Shown here: positions 32,557 through 41,802 of the stretch, piece by piece
Position numbering within the stretch: position 1 is the stretch's first letter
Layout: every line of letters starts with the position of its first letter
DNA from: Myxococcales bacterium
GTDB taxonomy: Bacteria > Myxococcota_A > Polyangia > Haliangiales > Haliangiaceae
DNA length: 64,000 nucleotides
NCBI GenBank assembly: GCA_016707895.1
Contig: JADJGV010000034.1
Span: 629,625-693,624, forward strand
Direction of reading: 5' to 3'
Made by a program: the position numbers and the translations under genes
The notes under the pieces: generated by a model
Seen by the model: only the letters and a program-made list of their open reading frames with translations
What the model was told of the DNA's origin: nothing
The model's database searches: none

Positions 32557-32962
32557 GGGCGTCCGGGGAGGCGTCCTCCGCGTCGACGAACTGGCGCGGT
32601 TTGACTCGGCGAGCGGCGGGGGGCGGCTCGTCGCCAGCGCGGGCAATTAGGGCGCCAGCGCGCCGGGGCACGGTCGGCGCCCGACCTCTCGCCTGGCGCA
32701 ACAACGGACGGCACGCGCGGGGAACCGCGCTCCGTGCGCATCGCGATGGCGAGCGCGGCGCTACGGCGGCACCGAGGTCCGTGGCGGTCCAAGGTGACGG
32801 CCCCCCAAGAATCCTCGGTCGAACTGAGCGACACCTCTGATCGCCCAATCGAGGCCCGCAGTCCCGGGCCTGAGGGGACCTGCGGCGCCTCGGCGTGAGG
32901 GTGTGGATGGCCGGCGACTTCGACGGTGTGCAGGGGCCTTTTCGGCCCGTGAGGGTGGTCGG

Positions 32963-33739
32963 CTAGTTGCCCGCGGCCCACGTGAGCGCGTGGGCCACGA
33001 GGTCGAGGAAGGCTGGCTCGGCGTAGGACTCGGGCGTGTGCCCCATCGCGGTGTAGAACATGCGGCCGCCGAGGTGATCGTCGGTCCAGGCGATCGGGTG
33101 GTAGCCGACACGCTGATCGTCGGGCAGCGGCGGCTGGGCGCTGGCCTCGTCGAGCGCAAGCACGACGTGGACGCCTTGATCCTCGGGCCGCTCGTGGAAC
33201 GCATACCACTCGTCGGTCCGGGACCAGCGCGCTGGTAGCCCGGTGGCGCTCGGCGCGGCGGGATCCTCGACGGTGACGTCGGCGACGGTCAGGACCGGCG
33301 GGTGCGTGCGGAAGCGGGCGCCGATCAGCTCGACGAAGAACGGCCAGTCGTACTCGGTGGCCGAGGCCGAGTGCAGCCCGACCACGCCGCCGCCGGCCCG
33401 CACCCACGGCTCGAACGCGTCGCGGGCCGGCTCGTCGAGCACGTTGCCGCTCGTGACGGCGAAGACGACGACGTCGACGTCGGCCAAGACGCCGGAGGTG
33501 AATGCCGCCGGGTCGCTCGACGCGGTGACCGTGAAGCCGCGGGTCGCGCACATGTCGACAAGCGCTGCGCGCGCCACCGGCGTCGACGGATGCGTCCACA
33601 GGGTCTCGCGCGAGAACACCAGCACCCGAGGCTGGTCCGCGGTGCCACGGCACGCCGCGTCGATCACCGGATCCCGTCGTACGACGAGATCGTCGCCGCA
33701 CGCGGCGGCGAGCGCGAGCAGGAGCACGAGCGGCCGCAT
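32963..33739 (-). CDS. ThuA-domain lipoprotein (type-1 glutamine amidotransferase-like fold)
   Basis: Lipobox LAAAC; ThuA-like VLVFSRE...GGGVVGLHSA...YHPIAWT pattern. Confidence 0.75.
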   Translation of the reverse strand: MRPLVLLLALAAACGDDLVVRRDPVIDAACRGTADQPRVLVFSRETLWTHPSTPVARAALVDMCATRGFTVTASSDPAAFTSGVLADVDVVVFAVTSGNVLDEPARDAFEPWVRAGGGVVGLHSASATEYDWPFFVELIGARFRTHPPVLTVADVTVEDPAAPSATGLPARWSRTDEWYAFHERPEDQGVHVVLALDEASAQPPLPDDQRVGYHPIAWTDDHLGGRMFYTAMGHTPESYAEPAFLDLVAHALTWAAGN

Positions 33740-33776
33740 CAGCGCCAGGGTATCAGCTCGAGGCGGCCGCAGCCGG

Positions 33777-34640
33777 TCAGAGTCGCGCGACCGCGAGCAG
33801 CTCGCCGGTCGAGAACGGGAGCGGGAACGCGCGCACGGCCGCCGGCGCGACGCGGGTGACCGCCCGGGCGACCTTGGTCAGCGCCGGGTGTGGGTACACC
33901 TCGAACTGGTGACCGATGTAGTCCAGCGTCAGCGACTTCCACAGCGTGTGGAAGTCGACCGACGCGAAGCCGACGTCGGTGAGCAGGCGCCGGAGGTTCT
34001 GCTGGTTGAAGTAGAACAGGTGTTCGACCTTGTAGTGGGTCCAGCCGGTGCGGAGCACCCGGCGCGAGGGCGAGCCGGCGTCGGGCGTCGTGATCGCCAG
34101 GACGCCACCTGGGCGTAGCAGCTTGCGGGCGAGTTCGAGGGTGCGCCGCGGATCGCGCACGTGCTCGATGTAGTCGCACATCGTGATGACCGCGAAGTCA
34201 CCGGCGCCGGCGTCGGCGAAGCGCGCGTCGGCCAGCTCGCCGCAGAACACGCGGTCGGGGCCGAACTTGGTGGCGATCGCCTGAGCGCCAAACTCCGACA
34301 GCTCGAGGCCGTAGGGCTGGTACCCGAGGTCGCGTGCGACCTCGAGCAAGAAGCCGGTCGCGGCGCCGCAATCGAGCAGCTTGTCGCCAGGCTGGGCCGC
34401 TGGCAACTTGCCGAGCACGAACTTGAACGTGCCGCGCTTGAGGTTGGCCACCGTGGCCTCGTTGTCGTGGAGCCCCCAGGCGTCGTAGTAGTGCGCACCG
34501 TAGATCTTGGCGAGCGTGTCGTCGGACGGCTGCGGCGAGATCCGCTCCAGCCCGCAGCCGTCGCAGCGCACGAAGTGGTGCTCGGCCTTGTCGAACATCG
34601 GCCGGAACTGAGACGAAGCGCACACCTCGCAGGCGATCAT
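33777..34640 (-). CDS. Class I SAM-dependent methyltransferase with N-terminal CxxC...CxxC zinc ribbon
   Basis: CEVC....CDGCG zinc ribbon; LLDCGAATG SAM-binding motif I. Confidence 0.8.
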   Translation of the reverse strand: MIACEVCASSQFRPMFDKAEHHFVRCDGCGLERISPQPSDDTLAKIYGAHYYDAWGLHDNEATVANLKRGTFKFVLGKLPAAQPGDKLLDCGAATGFLLEVARDLGYQPYGLELSEFGAQAIATKFGPDRVFCGELADARFADAGAGDFAVITMCDYIEHVRDPRRTLELARKLLRPGGVLAITTPDAGSPSRRVLRTGWTHYKVEHLFYFNQQNLRRLLTDVGFASVDFHTLWKSLTLDYIGHQFEVYPHPALTKVARAVTRVAPAAVRAFPLPFSTGELLAVARL

Positions 34641-34815
34641 CGCGTGTGTGTGCCACCGTCGCAGCGGCGCGTCAATGGCGCGGGGAGGTCACGGCGGCGT
34701 CAGGACCTCGATCCACGTCCGCCGCGTGTTGAACCGCCCGGCGACGATCACCCGGCCGGTGGCGTCGACCGCGAGGTCGGACACCTCGAACGCCGTTGAA
34801 CCGCTCGCCCGCGGG

Positions 34816-35790
34816 TCATCCTCGCGACGGCGCGACGGCGGCCGCCAGCTCGGCTGGTGACACCGTCGAGGTGCCCCGTCGCGACACGACGATGCCCGCG
34901 GCCAGGCTAGCCAGTTCCATGGCCACCTCCAACGCAAGGCCAGCGGCGAGGCCCAGCGTGAGCGTCGCCACCACGGTGTCGCCCGCGCCGGTGACGTCGA
35001 AGACCTCGCGCGCGGCCGCCGGGACGTGCGCGCCGCGGTCACCACCACGATACAGCGTCATGCCATCGGCGCCGCGGGTCACCAGCAGCGCCGCGCCGTC
35101 GAGCGCTGGGGCCAGTCGGCGCGCGGCGGCGTCGATCTCCGCGAGCGTGTGCACCGGGTGGCTCACCGCGCGCTCGAGTTCGGCCAGGTTCGGAGTGATC
35201 ACGGTGGCCCGCGCGTAGACCGAGAAGTCGCGCTGCTTTGGGTCGACGACCACGGGGATGCCGCGCCGGTGGCCGGCGTCGATCGCGTGGCGTGCCAGAT
35301 CGCGGGTGACCACGCCCTTGTCGTAGTCCGACAGCACGATCGCGTCCGCCCCTTCCAGCGCGCGCTCGAGCGCATCGCCGAGCGCCGCGGCGACCGCGCC
35401 GCTGACGGGGGTCCGCCGCTCGCTGTCCACCCGGGCGATCTGGTGGCCGCCGGCGACCAGCCGGGTCTTCCGGGTGGTCGGACGTGCGGGATCGACCACC
35501 GTCTCCGCCTTGATCGCGGCGCGGCGTAGCGCGCCGTCGAGCGTCCGCGCACCTTCGTCGTCGCCGACCACGCCGACCACCGTCGCGTGCGCGCCGAGCT
35601 GGGCCAGGTTGTGGGCGGTGTTGGCGGCACCGCCCAGGCGATGCTCCGTGGTGCGGAGATCGAGGACCGGCACGGGCGCCTCGGGGGACACCCGGTGGAC
35701 CTCGCCGCGGAGGTACTCGTCGATCATCAGGTCGCCGAGCACGATCACGCGGCGACCGCGCAGCTCGTCGACGAGGGCCGGGCTCAACAT
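34816..35790 (-). CDS. hldE: D-glycero-beta-D-manno-heptose-7-phosphate kinase (HldE domain I / RfaE1-like, PfkB family) as a stand-alone protein
   Basis: PfkB carbohydrate-kinase pattern incl. C-terminal DVTGAGDT; 324 aa. Confidence 0.8.
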   Translation of the reverse strand: MLSPALVDELRGRRVIVLGDLMIDEYLRGEVHRVSPEAPVPVLDLRTTEHRLGGAANTAHNLAQLGAHATVVGVVGDDEGARTLDGALRRAAIKAETVVDPARPTTRKTRLVAGGHQIARVDSERRTPVSGAVAAALGDALERALEGADAIVLSDYDKGVVTRDLARHAIDAGHRRGIPVVVDPKQRDFSVYARATVITPNLAELERAVSHPVHTLAEIDAAARRLAPALDGAALLVTRGADGMTLYRGGDRGAHVPAAAREVFDVTGAGDTVVATLTLGLAAGLALEVAMELASLAAGIVVSRRGTSTVSPAELAAAVAPSRG

Positions 35791-35895
35791 GCGGCTCGAC
35801 GCTACTCTACCCCCCTCGCCGATGCAACGCGGTGGCGAGAGGCGCGCGTGCGCCTCGCCACGCTTCCGAATCGTGACCATCGGTTGACACCGTCG

Positions 35896-38052
35896 ATGCT
35901 CACGACTAAAGCTCGCACGCGCGTGAGTTCCTTGTCGACGACCAGCGCGCCCGCGGGGCGCGCGCGCGTGCACCCGGCGGCGCTGCTTGGCCTGGCGTTG
36001 GCCGCCGCGTTCCTGTTTGCGACACGCACCGAAGGCTTCCGCGTCAACTGGGGCGATCCGTGGTCCGACGGCAACGCGCTGACCTCGGGACGCTACTTCG
36101 CGAGGGATGGCTTCGCCGCCACCGGCATGACGCCGGTGCTCGACGTCGGGCCGTTGACCCCGGACTCGCTGCGCTACACCCACTATCCACCGCTGCCGGA
36201 CCTGGTGAACGGCGTCCAGCAGCGCGTGGTTGGGACCATGTCGATCGGCGGTTTTCGCTTGCTCGCCGATCTGTTGAGCTTGCTCAGCCTGGTGTTCTTC
36301 TATCGGTTCGTCCGCCGCTTCACGTCGGCGGCCGTGGCCGGCTACGCCGTGTTGCTGGTCGGGACCAACCTGTTGTGGCTCCAGTACGCCGACACCTTGC
36401 ACCACGTGCCGCTGTACACCGCGCTCGGCTATGCCGCGCTCGATCAGGTCGGCGCCTGGACCGAACGACCGGCGCGGCGCCGCCTGGCCGTGATCCTGAT
36501 CGCGACGACGTTGTGTGCGCTGGCGTCGTACGACTTCGGCCTGTACCTGCCGATCATGACCGTCGCCGCGGTCGTGTGGAGTGGGCGGCGGCTGCGCGAC
36601 CGCGAGTCGTGGCCGGTGATGATGGCGGTGGGCGCCGGCCTGATCCTCGGCGTCGTCGTCAAGTTCGCCCTCATCGCGTGGGCGGTGGGGCCGGTGCATC
36701 TCGTCCACGACCTGCTGTTTCAGTTCGAGGAGCGCGCCACGGCGCGGCATTCGACCAACTACACGGCGGGGCTCATGCCGATCGTCAGCGCCCGCCTGTG
36801 GCGGTTCTTCACGCCGCTGTTCCTCGTCCTGTTGCTCGCCGGCCCGTGGCTGGCATGGCGCCGGCGCCGGACCGGCGTCGACGCGCCGGTCGCGCTTCGG
36901 CCGTTGTGGTTTCTGGCGGCGGGGGTGCCGTTCTGCGTGGTGTTCTCGCAGCTGCTCGTCGAACAGTTCCATCCCACGCTGCAGTTCGTGCCGTTCTACG
37001 CGGTCGGGTTCGCCGCGATCATCGTCGCGATGCGCGAGCATGCCCGGCCGGCGCTTCGGCGCGGCGGCCTGGTGCTGGCCGCGTTCCTCCTCGCCTGGCA
37101 AGCGCGCGAGCTCGTCCGGTTCCCCAAGGTGGTGCTCGCCGAGTCCGATCTCCGTGCGGTCGGCGGTCACCTGGCGCGAGTCGACGATCGCCGCTTTGTG
37201 CTGTCCAACCTCCTGGTCGACGGGCCGGTGCGATACTACTGGCAGCGGCACCTCATGGGGTTGCCGGCGATGTCGGAGGCTGCGGCCGACGCGTACTTTC
37301 GGGACCTGTTCTGGCGGTACGGCAACCGCCCGGTGCGGTTCGTCGCGATCAGCGGCGCCCCCGACGTCGCCTACGACAAGCTCGTGTTCGCGTTGCTGGC
37401 TGGCCAGCGGCGCTGGTCGTGGATCGCTAGCCCGTACGCGAACCGCGCCAAGATCCGCAAACGGCTGGGCCAGATGAACGACGACCTGATGGAGGCGATC
37501 GAGGCGCGCGGCACGCTCGAGTTCGAGCGCGGACCCTTCCGCGTGTACCGCATCGATCCCGCGATCGGCGATCGGGGCTGGGCCTTGCCGATCACCGATG
37601 ACGTGGCGATGGTCGAGCTCGGCGACCCGCAGGCGGTCCGCTACAAGCTGTACGGGCTCGGGCCGGCGACGATCGGCCCCGATGGGGTCGCCGCGGCGGC
37701 GCTGACCGGTCACGAGGTCGCAGACGTGCGCTTCACCATGCAGGGCCTCGTCGATGTGCCCTCCGGCCGCGACCCGCGCGGGGCCGTCCAGCTACACGTC
37801 CCCGGTGCCGACGCCGTGATCGACGTCGCCGTGTGGTCGGCGGGCGACGGGCAGTTGCGGGTGCAGGTCAACGGCGTGGACCTCGGTGAGCAGCGGCTCG
37901 TGGCCGGGTGGCAGCAGGTCACCTACGCGGTGCCGCCCGCCGCGGTCGAGGCCGCGCGGCGAGTGGTCGGCGCACCCGGCGCACCCGACGTCGTCGCGTT
38001 GATCGCTGGCACCGAGTTGCGCGTCGCCCGCGTCAGCGCTGCGGTGCGCTGA
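35896..38052 (+). CDS. GT-C family glycosyltransferase, ArnT/PMT_2-like membrane protein
   Basis: RYTHYPPLP first-loop motif typical of ArnT-like GT-C enzymes, about 10 N-terminal TM helices and large C-terminal soluble domain; embedded in the heptose cluster. Confidence 0.65.
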   Translation: MLTTKARTRVSSLSTTSAPAGRARVHPAALLGLALAAAFLFATRTEGFRVNWGDPWSDGNALTSGRYFARDGFAATGMTPVLDVGPLTPDSLRYTHYPPLPDLVNGVQQRVVGTMSIGGFRLLADLLSLLSLVFFYRFVRRFTSAAVAGYAVLLVGTNLLWLQYADTLHHVPLYTALGYAALDQVGAWTERPARRRLAVILIATTLCALASYDFGLYLPIMTVAAVVWSGRRLRDRESWPVMMAVGAGLILGVVVKFALIAWAVGPVHLVHDLLFQFEERATARHSTNYTAGLMPIVSARLWRFFTPLFLVLLLAGPWLAWRRRRTGVDAPVALRPLWFLAAGVPFCVVFSQLLVEQFHPTLQFVPFYAVGFAAIIVAMREHARPALRRGGLVLAAFLLAWQARELVRFPKVVLAESDLRAVGGHLARVDDRRFVLSNLLVDGPVRYYWQRHLMGLPAMSEAAADAYFRDLFWRYGNRPVRFVAISGAPDVAYDKLVFALLAGQRRWSWIASPYANRAKIRKRLGQMNDDLMEAIEARGTLEFERGPFRVYRIDPAIGDRGWALPITDDVAMVELGDPQAVRYKLYGLGPATIGPDGVAAAALTGHEVADVRFTMQGLVDVPSGRDPRGAVQLHVPGADAVIDVAVWSAGDGQLRVQVNGVDLGEQRLVAGWQQVTYAVPPAAVEAARRVVGAPGAPDVVALIAGTELRVARVSAAVR

Positions 38053-38065
38053 CCGTTCCCCCCGG

Positions 38066-38575
38066 TCACGCCGCGAAGAACGCGGCCAGCGTCGCGCTGG
38101 CGGCCGGCCAGCCAACCACGTCGACGCCGGGACCGGGATCCTCGGCGAACCGCAGCGCCGCGCACCCGGCGGCGCGCCCGGCCGCCACGTCAGCCGCCTT
38201 GTCGCCGATCATCAGCGACCGGTCGAGGTCGAGCCCGAGGTCCCGGGCGGCGTCGAGCAACATGCCGGGCGCGGGCTTGCGGCAGCGGCAGCCGTCGTCG
38301 GGGCCGTGGGGGCAGACGTAGACCCCGGCGAAGCGTACGCCGGCGGCGGCGAACTGGCGCTCGACCTGGGCCTGCACCGCGGCAGCTTCGGCCGGGGTCA
38401 CCATGCCGCGGGCCAGCCCCGACTGGTTGGTCACGATCACCAGCGCGACCTCGGAGGGCAGCGCGGCCAGCGCCGCGGCCGCGCCCGGCAAGAGCGCGAC
38501 GGTGGCGGGGTCACGCGGGTAGCCGACGTCGACGATCAGCGTGCCGTCGCGATCGAGGAACAGCGCGCGGGTCAC
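38066..38575 (-). CDS. gmhB: D-glycero-D-manno-heptose 1,7-bisphosphate phosphatase (HAD-IIIA)
   Basis: FLDRDGTL motif I, VTNQSG motif II, GDKAADV motif III; GTG start overlapping upstream stop (GTGA). Confidence 0.8.
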   Translation of the reverse strand: MTRALFLDRDGTLIVDVGYPRDPATVALLPGAAAALAALPSEVALVIVTNQSGLARGMVTPAEAAAVQAQVERQFAAAGVRFAGVYVCPHGPDDGCRCRKPAPGMLLDAARDLGLDLDRSLMIGDKAADVAAGRAAGCAALRFAEDPGPGVDVVGWPAASATLAAFFAA

Positions 38576-39645
38576 TCGGCCAGCAGCCGGGCCAGGGTGT
38601 CGGTCGACGAGCGCCCCGGCACCAGCGGCACGAACTCGACCTTGCCGCCCCAGCTCGCCACCAGCGCGGCCTCGGGGATGGGCTTGCCGTGGGGCGGGGC
38701 GTAGTCGGCGCCCTTGACGTGGACGTCGGGTCGCACCGCGGTCAGCACCTCGACCGGGGTCGGCGCGTCGAAGACGGTGATCGCGTCGACGCACTCGAGC
38801 GCCGCCAGCAGCTCGCACCGCTCGATGGCCGGGAAGATCGGCCGGCTCGGCCCCTTGTTGCCGCGGACGCTGGCGTCGCTGTTGACGCCGACGATCAGCA
38901 CGTCGGCGAAGCCGCGCGCGGCCCGCAGCGACTGCAGGTGGCCGACGTGCAGCACGTCGAACACGCCGTTGGTCCACGCCACCGTGCGCTTGTGGGCGCG
39001 GCAGCGCTCGCGGAACGCGACGACGCCGTCGAGGTCGTACAGCTTGGGGGCCGCCGCCACAGGGGCGGGGTGGGCCGCGCCGTAGCCGGCGTCGACCTGC
39101 GCGCACCACACGTGGCCGATCGCGATGTGGCACTCCTGGATGCGCGCGGTGTCGCCCGACGGCACGACCACGCCGGCGTCGCACGCGTCGACGAACGCGC
39201 GGCCGCGGGCCCCGGTCAGGCCGATCACCTTGACGCCCAGCGCCCGCGCCGCGTCGGCGGCGGCGACCACGTTCTTCGACGTGCCGCTGGTGGTGATCGC
39301 GATCAGCACGTCGCCGGGCCGGCCCAGCGCCTCGACCTGCCGGCGGAACACCAGCTCGTAGCCGTAGTCGTTGCCGATCGCCGTGAGCGCCGAGGTGTCG
39401 GTGGTGAGCGCGATCGCCGGCAGCCCGCGCCGCTCGACGACGAACCGCCCGACCAGCTCGGCGGCGATGTGCTGCGCGTCGGCGGCCGAGCCGCCGTTGC
39501 CGCACAAGAGCACCTTGCCGCCGGCGGCCAGCGTCGCGGCGATCAGCTCGCCGGCCGCGACGATCGCCGGCAGCTCGGTGGCGATCAGCTCCTGGCGCAC
39601 GCGCACGCCGTCGACCAACGCGGCGCGCGCGACGTCGGCGGTCAT
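38572..39645 (-). CDS. gmhA: Fusion protein: phosphoheptose isomerase (SIS domain, GmhA) + D-beta-D-heptose-1-phosphate adenylyltransferase (HldE domain II / RfaE2, cytidylyltransferase fold)
   Basis: N-terminal SIS domain ([28 protein letters not shown]); C-terminal nucleotidyltransferase HxGH motif ([12 protein letters not shown]) and adenylyltransferase C-terminus. Confidence 0.85.
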   Translation of the reverse strand: MTADVARAALVDGVRVRQELIATELPAIVAAGELIAATLAAGGKVLLCGNGGSAADAQHIAAELVGRFVVERRGLPAIALTTDTSALTAIGNDYGYELVFRRQVEALGRPGDVLIAITTSGTSKNVVAAADAARALGVKVIGLTGARGRAFVDACDAGVVVPSGDTARIQECHIAIGHVWCAQVDAGYGAAHPAPVAAAPKLYDLDGVVAFRERCRAHKRTVAWTNGVFDVLHVGHLQSLRAARGFADVLIVGVNSDASVRGNKGPSRPIFPAIERCELLAALECVDAITVFDAPTPVEVLTAVRPDVHVKGADYAPPHGKPIPEAALVASWGGKVEFVPLVPGRSSTDTLARLLAE

Positions 39646-40895
39646 GGCACCGCGCGCGCGGCGGTGGGCGCCGTGGCCTCGAGGACCTCACGCACCTGCA
39701 CCATCACGTCGTCGACCGCCACCGTGCAGGCCGCGGTGTTGGTGATCTCCGACGACGGCCGCCCGCCCGAGATGTCCTTGCCGTTGTACACGGTGAACAG
39801 CGGGATCGAGTACAGCGGCGGCACCACCGAGCGCACCCGCGAGCCCTGGGGCGCGAACAGCACCGGCGAGTCGGCGAAGAACAGCCCGACGATCGGCGCG
39901 TCGACCAGGCAGGCCAGGTGCATCGGGCCGCTGTCGTTGGACACCACCAGCGCGGCCTCGGCGAACAGCGTCACCAGTTCGCGCAGGTTGAGGTCGCCGG
40001 CCACCGCGACGGCCCGCGGCGTCCGGCAGTGGCCGACCACCCGCTCGACGTAGGCGCGCTCGCTGGGCGCGCCGATGAACAGCACCCGGGCCCGCGGGCG
40101 CTCGGCGACGATCCGATCGGCCAGCGCGGCGTAGCGAGCCTCGGGCCACTTGCGGGCCTCGGGCGCCAGATCGGGCGACGTGTTGGCGTTGATCACGACC
40201 AGCTCGTCACCGGGGGCGATCTTGCCGGCCAGCTTCTTGCGCACGCCGGCGCGCTCGAGCTCCGACGGGTCGAGCCGCGGGTAGCGGTAGCGGGCGGTCC
40301 ACGCGGCGAAGTCGAGGAAGTACGGGTCCTCGGTGGCGATCAGGTACGGCAAGGACAGGAAGATGTCCTTGGTGTGGAAGTAGTGGTTGTAGATGCCGGT
40401 GACGTCGAGCAGCGACCGCCGCCACGCCTCCGACTGCAGGTAGAACCCGGCCTTCTTGGGGATGCCGGCCAGGCTGGCCAGGGTCAGCGGGAACTTGGCG
40501 AAGAACTCGAGATCGACGGCCAGCTCGCAGCGCGCCGCGCGCAGCGCGCGGATGACGCCGAGCGTGGTGCGGGTGAAGCTCGCCGGCGTCGACGGGTCGA
40601 TGTAGTGGTTGACGTCGGTCAGCCCGAGGATCTCGAGCACGTCGCGGTTGCCCTTGAACGTGACGAAGTGGATGCGCGCGCCGGGGTGCTGATCGCGCAG
40701 CGCCGCGACCGCCGGGCTGGCCACCACGATCGACCCCATCCCGAAGAACTTCATCACGACGATGTTCTTCACCGGCCCGGGCGGCGCGGCGAACGGGCGC
40801 GACAGCTCCTTGCCCGCGGCCAGCGCCGAGCAGAGCAGGTTGCCGACCAGGCCGTCGATGCGGCGCATCATCTTGACGTTCACGAGGCCGTGCAT
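39642..40895 (-). CDS. Glycosyltransferase family 9 (LPS heptosyltransferase, WaaC/WaaF-like)
   Basis: GT9 pattern ([19 protein letters not shown]-terminal Rossmann, C-terminal NDSGPMHLA); stop overlaps gmhA-fusion start (ATGA). Confidence 0.8.
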   Translation of the reverse strand: MHGLVNVKMMRRIDGLVGNLLCSALAAGKELSRPFAAPPGPVKNIVVMKFFGMGSIVVASPAVAALRDQHPGARIHFVTFKGNRDVLEILGLTDVNHYIDPSTPASFTRTTLGVIRALRAARCELAVDLEFFAKFPLTLASLAGIPKKAGFYLQSEAWRRSLLDVTGIYNHYFHTKDIFLSLPYLIATEDPYFLDFAAWTARYRYPRLDPSELERAGVRKKLAGKIAPGDELVVINANTSPDLAPEARKWPEARYAALADRIVAERPRARVLFIGAPSERAYVERVVGHCRTPRAVAVAGDLNLRELVTLFAEAALVVSNDSGPMHLACLVDAPIVGLFFADSPVLFAPQGSRVRSVVPPLYSIPLFTVYNGKDISGGRPSSEITNTAACTVAVDDVMVQVREVLEATAPTAARAVP

Positions 40896-40982
40896 CCCAC
40901 GCTCCCGCCGGGAGCGTCAAGTCGGCGCAGCTCTTGCGGGAGTTGCGCGTGCGCCAGGCCACGGACCGGGTGGGGCCGACCG

Positions 40983-41753
40983 CTACTTCGGCGGCATGCG
41001 CAGCGCGCCGTCGAGGCGGATGGTCTCGCCGTTGAGGTAGCCGTTGCCGACGATCGCGGCCACCAGCTCGGCGTACTCGGCGGGATCGCCGAGGCGCTTG
41101 GGGAAGACGACGTCGGCGGCGAGCGCGGCGCGCTTGTCCTCGGGCAGGGCGGCCAGCATCGGCGTGTCCATCAGGCCGGGCGCGATCGTGCACACCCGGA
41201 TGCCGGCGGGGGCGAGGTCGCGGGCGGCGGGCAGGGTCATGCCGACGACGCCGGCCTTCGACGCGGCGTAGGCGATCTGGCCGATCTGGCCGTCGTAGGC
41301 GGCGACCGACGCGGTGTTGACGATGACGCCGCGCTCGCCGCTGGCGGTGGGGGCGGCGTGGCTCATCGCGCTGGCGGCCAGCCGCAGCACGTTGAACGTG
41401 CCGATCAGGTTGATGCCGACGATCGTCTGGAACAGGTCGAGCTTGTGCGGCGCCCCGGTCTTGTCGAGGGTGCGCGCGGCCCAGCCGACGCCGGCGCACG
41501 ACACCGCGATCCGCAGCGGGCCGAAGTGCGCGGCGGCGGCGATCGCGGCCTCGATCTGGGCGGCGTCGGTGACGTCGGCCTGGGCGAAGCGGGCGCGGTC
41601 GGCGCCCAGCTCGTCGGCCAGCGCGGCGCCGCGGGCCAGGTCGCGGTCGACGATGACGACCTTGGCGCCGCCGGCGACCAGGCGGCGGACGGTGGCGGCG
41701 CCCAGGCCCGAGGCGCCACCGGTGACGAGAGCGACGGAGTCGGCGAGCTGCAT
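40983..41753 (-). CDS. SDR-family oxidoreductase (3-hydroxyacyl-CoA dehydrogenase type-2-like)
   Basis: TGGASGLG cofactor motif, YAASKAG catalytic motif; start at MQLADS. Confidence 0.85.
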   Translation of the reverse strand: MQLADSVALVTGGASGLGAATVRRLVAGGAKVVIVDRDLARGAALADELGADRARFAQADVTDAAQIEAAIAAAAHFGPLRIAVSCAGVGWAARTLDKTGAPHKLDLFQTIVGINLIGTFNVLRLAASAMSHAAPTASGERGVIVNTASVAAYDGQIGQIAYAASKAGVVGMTLPAARDLAPAGIRVCTIAPGLMDTPMLAALPEDKRAALAADVVFPKRLGDPAEYAELVAAIVGNGYLNGETIRLDGALRMPPK

Positions 41754-41802
41754 GGCGCGACCATGCCGGCGGCCCCGGTTGGGGTCAAGCCGGGGCAAGC
41801 GA

